Shown here: one piece after another, positions 40,111 to 48,993 of the stretch
Position numbering within the stretch: position 1 is the stretch's first letter
Layout of the letters: each line of letters opens with the position of its first letter
Assembly (NCBI GenBank): GCA_019058315.1
Contig: JAHPZH010000006.1
Location: 128,001 to 192,000 of the forward strand
Source: Candidatus Helarchaeota archaeon
GTDB lineage: Archaea > Asgardarchaeota > Lokiarchaeia > Helarchaeales > RDOG01
DNA: 64,000 bases
Reading direction: 5' to 3'
Notes under the pieces: generated by a model
What the model was told of the DNA's origin: nothing
Databases searched by the model: none
Seen by the model: the letters and a program-made list of their open reading frames with translations, nothing else
Made by a program: the position numbers and the translations under genes

Positions 40111-41442
40111 ATGGAAATAGCAAAAGAAATTTTACTAAAATACCCGCTTTGTGATAGCTGTTTAGGCAGACAGTTTGGTTTACTTGGTTTTGGCCTTGAT
40201 AATGAAACAAGGGGCAAATCTATAAAAAATGTTCTTGTTTTAGAAAGTTATAAAAATTTAATAAAAGATAAAACTGATAAAAATGAAATAAATTTATTGA
40301 AAGCTTTAGCAACTAATGGAATGAGCGAGTTTGCCCAAAATAGTTTAAAAAAATTAGGACATACATACGAATTATCCGATAAGAAATGTTTTTTATGTGA
40401 GGGGATTTTGGAAAAAGATTATCTACTTAAATTAACTTCACTAGCAATTGAAAAGTTAAAAAATTTGGAATTTCAGACTTTTTTAGTAGGTTCTGTAATT
40501 GATAATGACTTGATTGAAAAAGAAGATATGCTCCGAGCATCATTTAATTTAAGTTACGGGGAAGCTTTAAAGAGTGAATTAAATAGACTAATAGGGATTA
40601 TGGTAAAAGAAAAAATTAATAAAGAACCTAATCTAGCTAATCCAGAAATTGTTATTTTAGTTAAACCAAATGAAAAAAAAGTTGAAATAAAAATTAATCA
40701 ATTATTTATAAGTGGAAAATATTGTAAGCTGGAAAGAAACATCCCACAAACACTCTGGATATGTAAAAATTGTGAAGGTCAAGGATGTGACGAATGTGGG
40801 GGCACAGGAAAGAGATATGAAACCTCAGTTTCTGAACTAATATCTGAAAAAATTTTGCAGAAAACTCAAGGTACAGATGCAAAATTTCATGGAGCAGGTC
40901 GTGAAGATATTGATGCCTTAATGTTAGGTAGTGGTAGGGAATTTGTGATAGAAATAAAAGAACCGAAAAAGAGATATTTTGATTTAAAAAAGTTAGAAGA
41001 AGAAATCAATATTTTTGCTAAAGGAAAAATAAGAGTTAACGACTTAAAAAAGAGTGATAAGGATAAAATAAGACGAATTAAAGCATTTGCACAATTTGCT
41101 GAAAAAACTTATAAAGCAATTGTTGAACTGGATTCACCTATACCAAGATCTAAATTAGATGAAGTAGAAAAATATTTTGATGGCATAACTATAAAACAGA
41201 GGACTCCAACAAGAGTTTTGCATAGAAGGGCTGATAAAACTCGAGTTAAAAAAATCTTTAAAGTTAAAATAAGTATTCTAGAAAAAAATCTAATAGAACT
41301 AATTATTAAAACTCAAGGTGGAACCTATATTAAAGAGCTAATTTCTGGTGATGATGGAAGGACTAAACCAAGCATTTCAGAATTTTTGAATATGGAACTC
41401 GTTTGTAAAAGCCTAGATGTTCTGTCAGTTGAAGAAAAATAA
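40111..41442 (+). CDS. pus10: tRNA pseudouridine 54/55 synthase Pus10
   Basis: LCDSCLGR, THUMP, HGAGREDID, QRTP.RV.HRRAD, GGTYIKEL.SGD.GRT.PS. Confidence 0.96.
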   Translation: MEIAKEILLKYPLCDSCLGRQFGLLGFGLDNETRGKSIKNVLVLESYKNLIKDKTDKNEINLLKALATNGMSEFAQNSLKKLGHTYELSDKKCFLCEGILEKDYLLKLTSLAIEKLKNLEFQTFLVGSVIDNDLIEKEDMLRASFNLSYGEALKSELNRLIGIMVKEKINKEPNLANPEIVILVKPNEKKVEIKINQLFISGKYCKLERNIPQTLWICKNCEGQGCDECGGTGKRYETSVSELISEKILQKTQGTDAKFHGAGREDIDALMLGSGREFVIEIKEPKKRYFDLKKLEEEINIFAKGKIRVNDLKKSDKDKIRRIKAFAQFAEKTYKAIVELDSPIPRSKLDEVEKYFDGITIKQRTPTRVLHRRADKTRVKKIFKVKISILEKNLIELIIKTQGGTYIKELISGDDGRTKPSISEFLNMELVCKSLDVLSVEEK

Positions 41443-41568
41443 ATTCTGGACTCTTTAATTTTGGAAAAATTTAATAGGGACTTTTTCTTTTTTATAATCA
41501 TTAAAAATTATTAATAATAATAATCACTTATTTTATTAATCATTTAATTTTATAAGGAATTTAAACCA

Positions 41569-41880
41569 ATGAGAAAGTCTAAAGGTTACAAACACCGCCA
41601 TACAAAAAATCTTTTAAGAAAACGCCCTCGAGAAAGAGGAATAGCACCATTAGGACGTAGTGTACTTCAAAAATATAATACTGGAGATTATATTGACATT
41701 ATAATCGATCCTAGCGTTCATAATGGTCAACCACACTATCGATTTCATGGTAAAACGGGAATAATTAAAGAAATCAGAGGAAAAGCGTTAATTATATCAT
41801 TAAAAGATGGGAACAAAGAAAAAACAATAATAAGTCGCAAGGACCATGTAAGATTAAGTAGATGTATTAGTAAAACGTAA
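41569..41880 (+). CDS. rpl21e: 50S ribosomal protein eL21
   Basis: SKG, IDPSVH.G.PH.RFHGKTG. Confidence 0.96.
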   Translation: MRKSKGYKHRHTKNLLRKRPRERGIAPLGRSVLQKYNTGDYIDIIIDPSVHNGQPHYRFHGKTGIIKEIRGKALIISLKDGNKEKTIISRKDHVRLSRCISKT

Positions 41881-41905
41881 CAAATTTTTATAATTTGGTG
41901 AAAAA

Positions 41906-42265
41906 ATGGAGAAAAAAATCATCGAAGAAAAAAATTTAACTTTAGGTGAAGTAAAAGAAATATTAAAAGCACGTGAAGAAAAAGATACTGAGTTATCTTA
42001 TGTTCAACGTATTACTTTAGACTATATAAATAAATTTTCTAGGTTCGATGCAGAACAATCTCGTCAGTTCATAAATGATTTAAAATCAAAATTTGGAATA
42101 GAGGAGAAATTTGCAATCCAAATTGTAAATTTAAGCCATCTACCAGAAACAGAAGAAGAACTGGACTTAATCTTTGATCGAGCTGATCAACCACCAACTG
42201 ATGAACAAAAAAAAGGTATGCTTCAACTGATTAATGAATATAAGACTCGGACAGAATTTTTATGA
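41906..42265 (+). CDS. rpo4: RNA polymerase subunit Rpo4/F
   Basis: EVKEIL, ELSY.Q..TLDY..KF, AIQIVN..P; conserved position after rpl21e. Confidence 0.9.
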   Translation: MEKKIIEEKNLTLGEVKEILKAREEKDTELSYVQRITLDYINKFSRFDAEQSRQFINDLKSKFGIEEKFAIQIVNLSHLPETEEELDLIFDRADQPPTDEQKKGMLQLINEYKTRTEFL

Positions 42266-42385
42266 TGTAATGAATAATATTAAAAATAGCTTAGGGGCTT
42301 AAATGGGGATTACATGAAAATTATAAAATGACTTATTAATCTTATTTAGAATTTTAAGGAAGCTGATTTTTAGGAAATTATTAAA

Positions 42386-43000
42386 ATGTATAATAAACAT
42401 CATTCTGAAAAAGTTAAAGATCTTAGCAAAAAGAAATATGAAGAATATGCTGTAGTACTTGACTTCTTAGCTAGAGGAAAACAAAAACCTCGTGATAAAG
42501 TACCTCTATATGCAAAAGAACCTATAGTACAAGCAGTTGGTGAAGGATTCTTTACACTTTTGGAACTCGTCCCCTATAAATTTACTTCATTTACAATTCG
42601 TGAAAGGATATTCATTGGAAAAGGAGATAAAAGAAAAAAGATTGACCATGTAAAAAAAAGGATTTCTCACGATTCCCTAACAGCATCAGCTAAATTTGAA
42701 TTACTTCCTGTGATAGAGAAAATTATTAACAGAGAAGAAAAAAGGTTTTTGAATTTTTTCAATACAGCAAAGCCGATCACAACAAGAATGCACCAATTAG
42801 AACTCTTACCAGGAGTGGGAAAAAAATTAATGTGGGATATTATTAATGAACTAAAAAAAGGCCCCTTTTCTGATTTTGAGAACCTCAAGCAACGAGTAAA
42901 AATATTAGACCCCAAAAAGTTGATTGCAAAAAGGATCTTAACCGAAATTCAAAATGAAACCGAAAAACATCGCATTTTTACCCGACCCCCGCCAAGTTAA
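42386..43000 (+). CDS. DUF655 predicted RNA-binding protein
   Basis: EEYA.VLDFL, QAVGE.FFTLLE, FFN.A.PITTRMHQLELLPGVGKK. Confidence 0.93.
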   Translation: MYNKHHSEKVKDLSKKKYEEYAVVLDFLARGKQKPRDKVPLYAKEPIVQAVGEGFFTLLELVPYKFTSFTIRERIFIGKGDKRKKIDHVKKRISHDSLTASAKFELLPVIEKIINREEKRFLNFFNTAKPITTRMHQLELLPGVGKKLMWDIINELKKGPFSDFENLKQRVKILDPKKLIAKRILTEIQNETEKHRIFTRPPPS

Positions 43001-43123
43001 TCAAATCGAACGACTTCATAAAACTAATTATCCTACTTCCTCAAATTCTAAAATAGTTTTTATTAATTTTTTTTATTAAATTCATAGTGAAACCAATAGT
43101 TTTTTAAAAACTGAGGTTATCTC

Positions 43124-44209
43124 TTGGATAACATTTGCAAACAAAAAATTCGCTTATTATGTGAAGGAGTCAGTGTCGAAAAAGATATAGATAAAGGGAG
43201 AAAAAGTGGTGCAGGACCTGCTGGTGGATCATTTTTCCAACTTAGAGATAGCACTATAAATTTGCCATTATGGCCAAAATTTGCGCAAGCTTCAAAATTA
43301 AAATTAGTTAAAGATAATAATAATTGGAAAATCATTGAGAATGATGAATTATATTGTAATTTAATTAAAATTCCTCCCCCAAAATTCTATTCTCTGAAAA
43401 CTAAAGATGGAATTTTAATGAAAAAAATAGCACTCCTTCATGGAAAGGATTGTTTAGCAACAACAATTTATCAAAAATGTGTCTATTGGAAGCAAAATTT
43501 ACAATGCAAATTTTGTGGAATAGAACTTAGTTTTAGAGAAAGCGATACAATATTAAAAAAATCTCCAAACCAAATTTTAGAAGTTCTACTTAAGGGATTA
43601 GAAGAAAAAAGGGTAAAACATGTGACTCTGACAACAGGAACACTTCAAAAACGTGAAAAAGAAATTCAATTATATTCAGAAATTTTGGAAAAATTAAAAT
43701 CTAACGTAGAAATACCCATACATATTCAATTGGAACCAACTAAACGAAAAAATCTTGAAAAATTAGCGTCAAAAGGTTTAGATACTATAGGGATTCATAT
43801 AGAAAATTTTGATGAAAATATACGCCGTAGAGTATGTCCTGGTAAATATAAATCAGCAAATATTGAGATGTACAAAAAATCTTGGAATGAAGCGGTTGAA
43901 ATTTTTGGAGAAGCTCAAGTATCATCTTATGTAATTATCGGATTAGGGGAAGATGATGAATCAATAATTAAAGGGTCAGAATGGTTAATTAGAAGAGGAA
44001 TTATTCCTTTTATAGTTCCTATAAAGCCAATAATCGGAACGATTTTTGAAAATTATACTCCTCCTTTTACTGATAGAACTTTGAATATTTGCCATAAAGT
44101 TGCAGACTTGTTTAGAGAATATGGATTAAGCCCATTTAAGAATAAAGCTGGTTGTGTTCGTTGTGGTGGCTGTTCACCAATAAATGAAGCAATTAAGTAT
44201 TTAAAGTGA
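43124..44209 (+). CDS. Radical SAM protein, MSMEG_0568-like family
   Basis: R.SGAGP, IALLHG.D.LATT..Q.C, Cx8CxxC (CVYWKQNLQCKFC), C-terminal KAGCVRCGGCS. Confidence 0.85.
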   Translation: MDNICKQKIRLLCEGVSVEKDIDKGRKSGAGPAGGSFFQLRDSTINLPLWPKFAQASKLKLVKDNNNWKIIENDELYCNLIKIPPPKFYSLKTKDGILMKKIALLHGKDCLATTIYQKCVYWKQNLQCKFCGIELSFRESDTILKKSPNQILEVLLKGLEEKRVKHVTLTTGTLQKREKEIQLYSEILEKLKSNVEIPIHIQLEPTKRKNLEKLASKGLDTIGIHIENFDENIRRRVCPGKYKSANIEMYKKSWNEAVEIFGEAQVSSYVIIGLGEDDESIIKGSEWLIRRGIIPFIVPIKPIIGTIFENYTPPFTDRTLNICHKVADLFREYGLSPFKNKAGCVRCGGCSPINEAIKYLK

Positions 44210-44215
44210 AAAAAT

Positions 44216-45040
44216 TTAGCTTTGCAAAATCAAGACTAAAAAATATATCATTAATAGATTACCTATAATAATTCCAACATCTTTTATACCCGGAGAAGGA
44301 ACCTTTGGACGTCTAAAAACATATATAGGTCCTGCAGGGGCAAAAGATAAAGGAACTAAATAAATATCAGCTAATAATAGAATTGTAATACTGATAAGAA
44401 TTATAGTCAATATTGAGGCTATTTGAACAACTATTTGAATGGTTCTAAGTGAATATTTTTGAATCGCTTCTTGATCTATAGCTTCATGAGTAACTTGTGA
44501 AGAAAAAGTGAAAACAAAAAAAGCAGCTAAAAGAGCTATTTCTCCCCAAAAAAATCTTTTACCCAAAATAAACAATCTAAAAATTCTATCTATACGCAGA
44601 AATTGTAATGGAGCATAATTAGATGCGATTTTTATAATTAAATATGGAAAAATTACGTGAGATGTAACTAAAACAATCTTATTTGTAATAGGATACGGCT
44701 TTAATTTTATACAATATAAAACCACTAAAATTATAGAACTTAATGCTAAACATAAAATTACTAGATTTAATAATAGTGCTCTTGATAATAACACAATTCC
44801 TAAACCAAAAGAAACTAACCCTATCGTAGCAAGTTCTTTATCTCGAAAAGGGATATCTCTATCTTTGTCCTTAATATCATTCAATAAATTACCAGTAATA
44901 CCTAGAAATCCCCATCCGAAAATGATATCTAAATAATCAAAGATATTTAAAGAATTTATATAAATTGCTAATAAACACGGTAAAATAACAGAAAATAGGT
45001 AATCCAATCTTAAAAGTTCAATTCTATTCAATAAATTCAC
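44216..45040 (-). CDS. UbiA-family prenyltransferase-like membrane protein
   Basis: LLR at N terminus, GNLLNDIKDKDRD (NDxxD), multiple TM helices. Confidence 0.7.
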   Translation of the reverse strand: MNLLNRIELLRLDYLFSVILPCLLAIYINSLNIFDYLDIIFGWGFLGITGNLLNDIKDKDRDIPFRDKELATIGLVSFGLGIVLLSRALLLNLVILCLALSSIILVVLYCIKLKPYPITNKIVLVTSHVIFPYLIIKIASNYAPLQFLRIDRIFRLFILGKRFFWGEIALLAAFFVFTFSSQVTHEAIDQEAIQKYSLRTIQIVVQIASILTIILISITILLLADIYLVPLSFAPAGPIYVFRRPKVPSPGIKDVGIIIGNLLMIYFLVLILQS

Positions 45041-45150
45041 ATTTAAGTTTTACATTTGAATAAATTTTTTTATGTAATAAGATTTACAGATAAGAATTTT
45101 ATAACTAAATTTTGTTTTTAATCATTAGATAATTTTTTTGAGGAAGATGT

Positions 45151-46491
45151 TTGAAAAAGAGACCTCCTTTAAGTTCCTTTTTTTCACCTAAGAGTGTTGC
45201 AATTATAGGTGCTTCAGCTAAAGAAGGTAAATTTGGATATCAAATTATTAAAAATTTAAAGAATATAAAGTATAATGGAAAAATTTTTCCAGTAAATAAT
45301 AATAATAAAGGAAATATACTTAATCTGATTACATATAAGTCTCTTGAAGAATTACCAGAAGTTCCAGAATTAGTTGTAATCATCTTACCACCAAAAGAAG
45401 CTTTGAAAGCTGTTTATAAAAGTCTAGATTATGGAATAAAAAATATAATGTTAGAAAGCTCTTTTATTTCAGAAGAAATTGAAGATGAACTTCGTAATGC
45501 TAGTTGTCAAATGGGATTTAGAATTATGGGTAGCAATTCCATTGGTTTAATTAATTTTAATGATAGATTTTCGACATCAATAATCCCTGTACGCTGTAAA
45601 ATCGGTAAAGATGCACAAGTAGGTTATATTGCTCAAAGTGGAGGGCTGGCAGGTGGTTGTGGATGGTGGAAACCCCACACTGGCTGTGGTTTCAGTAAAG
45701 TTATTCATCTTGGTAGAAGTTGCGATATTAATGAAGCAGAAGTAATTGAATATCTAACTGAGGATGATAATACTAAAGTAATTACACTATTTCTAAAAAA
45801 GATCTCCGACAGAATAATAAATAAAGTAAATATTTGTGCAAAAATCAAACCGATTATTTTTTTGAAAATAGATAATTCCCCGCCATTTACTAAGTTAGAA
45901 AAAGCAGGAGCAATTCCTGTAACTATATATCAAGACTTATTTGAGATATCAAAAGCGTTTATCCAAGCACCTCTTCTAAAAGGAGAAAATATTGGTGTAA
46001 TTGGACCAAGTTCAGGAGCATTATCTTTAATTACAAGCAAACTAAAAGAGTTTAATTTAAAAGTTGCAAAAAATTTAAGCCCAGAAACAGAAAAAATATT
46101 GCGAGACAATGTTCTTCATAAAGAAAGTAAAATTTTAAACCCTGTTGACTATTGGCCTCCTACTAGATTTGATGGCGAAGAGGTTGGAAATAAGTATAAA
46201 GCAGCTACTGAAGCGTTACTTTCAGATAAGAATGTAGATGCGGTAATTATTATTTTAGAACTATTTAGAGAGATTGAATTTGATGTAGTGAAAGCTTTTT
46301 CGGGTTTAAAACAGAAATATCCTACAAAACCCATAATTGCAGCATGTGTTCAAGTAGAAACTGACGTACTACAAAGAGTTTTAGATGGTTTATCTGAACT
46401 TAATATGCTAATTTATGATTTTAATATTGAAAAGAGTGTCCAAGCGTTGAGTTCGTTACGTAAATTTGAATTAATCAAAGAAAAACAATAA
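45151..46491 (+). CDS. ADP-forming acyl-CoA synthetase alpha-like protein lacking the catalytic His segment
   Basis: FFSPKSVAIIGAS..GK.G, MG.NSIG, AQSGG, NPVD; SHTG loop absent. Confidence 0.85.
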   Translation: MKKRPPLSSFFSPKSVAIIGASAKEGKFGYQIIKNLKNIKYNGKIFPVNNNNKGNILNLITYKSLEELPEVPELVVIILPPKEALKAVYKSLDYGIKNIMLESSFISEEIEDELRNASCQMGFRIMGSNSIGLINFNDRFSTSIIPVRCKIGKDAQVGYIAQSGGLAGGCGWWKPHTGCGFSKVIHLGRSCDINEAEVIEYLTEDDNTKVITLFLKKISDRIINKVNICAKIKPIIFLKIDNSPPFTKLEKAGAIPVTIYQDLFEISKAFIQAPLLKGENIGVIGPSSGALSLITSKLKEFNLKVAKNLSPETEKILRDNVLHKESKILNPVDYWPPTRFDGEEVGNKYKAATEALLSDKNVDAVIIILELFREIEFDVVKAFSGLKQKYPTKPIIAACVQVETDVLQRVLDGLSELNMLIYDFNIEKSVQALSSLRKFELIKEKQ

Positions 46492-46506
46492 TAACCGCGT
46501 AATTTT

Positions 46507-47121
46507 ATGTTTTTTTTTAAATGCTTTAAATGTGGAAAATGTTGTCATAATGTGAAATCAGAGGGGTACGAAAGATACATACCAGTCTATCTAGATGAAA
46601 TTTCGAAATTGGAAAATCTAGCTTTGAAAAATAAAGTAAAAAATAATTTGGAACCTGATTTGTTATATCCTGATATCTTGAATAAAAGATTGATTGTTGT
46701 GACTTATGTCCTAAAATTTAAAGACGTTTGTGCATTCTATAATGAAAAATTAGGTTGTACTATATATAATGATCGCCCTATTACTTGTAAATCTTATCCA
46801 GTTTCAATATGGAAGGAACATATTAATTATATGATGAAAGTAAATACCGATTGTAAATTTGTCGAAAAGAATATCGGTCTTATCTCCCCAAAAAATTATA
46901 GCGAATTAGAAACTTTCTTTCCAAAAGAATATAAACAAGCTAAAAAATTGATGATAAAAGGTAAAGAAATACTATACAGAATAATTGAGCTTGAACAACA
47001 AAAAAAAATTGATGTAGGATATTTAAGTGGAAAACTTGATTTCTTCTATGATGTAGAAAAAGCAGAGGTAGAATATAAAAATTGGGAGAAAATAAACTTA
47101 TATGATATAGAATTGGATTAG
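46507..47121 (+). CDS. YkgJ-family Cys-cluster protein
   Basis: FKCFKCGKCC...CAFY...CTIY.DRP.TCKSYP...C. Confidence 0.85.
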   Translation: MFFFKCFKCGKCCHNVKSEGYERYIPVYLDEISKLENLALKNKVKNNLEPDLLYPDILNKRLIVVTYVLKFKDVCAFYNEKLGCTIYNDRPITCKSYPVSIWKEHINYMMKVNTDCKFVEKNIGLISPKNYSELETFFPKEYKQAKKLMIKGKEILYRIIELEQQKKIDVGYLSGKLDFFYDVEKAEVEYKNWEKINLYDIELD

Positions 47122-47134
47122 TACTTGAACTATT

Positions 47135-48163
47135 TTAGACTTTAACGATTACTTTTAATATATCTTTGGACTTTGCACTTTTAAATGCATCAACAATTTT
47201 ATCTAAAGTAAAAATTTTAGAAATTAAAGGTTCTAAACTAATATTACCACTATTAATTAATTCAATTGCTTTATGAAATGGACCACACCGGCTAGTAAAT
47301 ATATTAATTTCTCTTACAACTAAATCAGTTACATTTATTGGAGAGAGTGTACCATGAGTACTTTTAATATGGATTTTTCCTCTACTCCTGGTTGATTTAA
47401 TAATTTCTATCAGAGCTTTTGCTGAGCCCGTTGCATCAATTGCTATATCTGTTCCAATTTCATTGGTTAATTTGGCGATTTCGTCTGAAATGTTTTCAAC
47501 TTCATTATAATTTATTATATTTTTTGCCCCTAATTTTTCAGCGATCTTAATTCGGTTTTTATGTTTTCCAACAAGAATTATGTTAATATTTTTTAGTTTC
47601 ATCGATTTTAAAACTTGAAAAATTAATAATCCTAATTTTCCCAGACCAAATATGGTAATATTCTTATCTTCGCTCTTTATGGGCATTATTTCAAAAGTCT
47701 GGATAGCTGCAGCTAAAGGTTCAATAAATGTAGCTTGTTCAAAAGATAAATCATCAGGTATATGATGGATTAATGAATAGTTAATGGCAATTTTTTCAGC
47801 TAGAGCTCCATTAATATCAATTCCCAAAGCTTTTCTATAAATACAATGAGTGGGCATTTTATTTAGACAAAAATAACATTTACCACAAATATTTGTATTG
47901 ATTTCACTAGTAACTCTAGTTTTTAAAAGATCATTTTGAAGATTTTTATCCAAATTTTTGTCTATATCAATTATAGTTCCAGAAAATTCATGACCTGGAA
48001 TAATAGGAACTGGAACTGGTAAATTTCCATCAACAATAGCTATATCAGTTCCACAAATTCCAACTGAATCGACTTTTATCAGAACTTGATTATCCTTTAA
48101 TATAGGATTGTTTATATCTTCTTTATACTGAATCTTATTTCCATCAAAAACTGCCGCTTTCAT
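47135..48163 (-). CDS. Zinc-dependent medium-chain alcohol dehydrogenase
   Basis: GICGTD, PGHEF, CGKCYFC..C, EPLAAA, GLGKLG, SRCGPF. Confidence 0.92.
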   Translation of the reverse strand: MKAAVFDGNKIQYKEDINNPILKDNQVLIKVDSVGICGTDIAIVDGNLPVPVPIIPGHEFSGTIIDIDKNLDKNLQNDLLKTRVTSEINTNICGKCYFCLNKMPTHCIYRKALGIDINGALAEKIAINYSLIHHIPDDLSFEQATFIEPLAAAIQTFEIMPIKSEDKNITIFGLGKLGLLIFQVLKSMKLKNINIILVGKHKNRIKIAEKLGAKNIINYNEVENISDEIAKLTNEIGTDIAIDATGSAKALIEIIKSTRSRGKIHIKSTHGTLSPINVTDLVVREINIFTSRCGPFHKAIELINSGNISLEPLISKIFTLDKIVDAFKSAKSKDILKVIVKV

Positions 48164-48266
48164 TAAAAATTACCTTAATTTCTTTTATTTTAAGTAAAGA
48201 ATCGTTTATTAATTTATAATTTAATTAAATAATAATATCTTTATTAAAGTGATTTAGGCGAAAGAA

Positions 48267-48740
48267 ATGAAAATAAGACTAGCTAAATCCACAGATTTGC
48301 CAAATATCGTTTCATTATGGTGGGAAATGCAAAAATTTCATTTTAAATATGATGAGTTTTTTTATCACACTAAGCCAGAACAAAATGCAAAGGAGATGTC
48401 AACAGAATATTTTAAATATAGCATTAAAGAGAAAAATCACATTCTGATTGTTATTGAAAAAGATAAAAAACTTATTGGGATGCTTCATTGTGAGATCTCA
48501 ACTCGTCCTCCTGTTTTAAAAGAAGAAAAAGAAGCTCAAATAGTAGAAACTGTAGTTACAGCACAATATAGAGGGCAAAGACTATTTCAACAAATGTTTG
48601 ACTATTTGAAAAAAGAACTAAAGTTGCGAAATATTCGATTTTGTATTTTATCTGTTGATAAGGACAATACGAGGGCAATTAAAGCTTATTTAAATTCTAA
48701 TTTTAAAGAACGTCAAAAAAAGATGATATATAAATTATAA
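48267..48740 (+). CDS. GNAT-family N-acetyltransferase
   Basis: IR.A..D, V..QYRGQRL, L.V..DN..A..AY...F. Confidence 0.85.
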   Translation: MKIRLAKSTDLPNIVSLWWEMQKFHFKYDEFFYHTKPEQNAKEMSTEYFKYSIKEKNHILIVIEKDKKLIGMLHCEISTRPPVLKEEKEAQIVETVVTAQYRGQRLFQQMFDYLKKELKLRNIRFCILSVDKDNTRAIKAYLNSNFKERQKKMIYKL

Positions 48741-48993
48741 GAGTTTTTTATTATCTGTAATTTAAATTAAGAAAAAATAGCTAGACAATTATTAGTAATC
48801 TTGATTGGGTCAATTAGTTATTTTATTCGATCTTAAGCAAACATTAGAGTATTTAATTGATTAAAATTAAAAAATCTCTTTTTATATAACAGATTCCCAA
48901 ATTTAGGGTGGTTTAAATATGATCCTATTTGAAAAAATTGCACTATCCATTCTATTTTTCTATTGAAAAGTTTAGGAAAACGGAAGTGATTTT

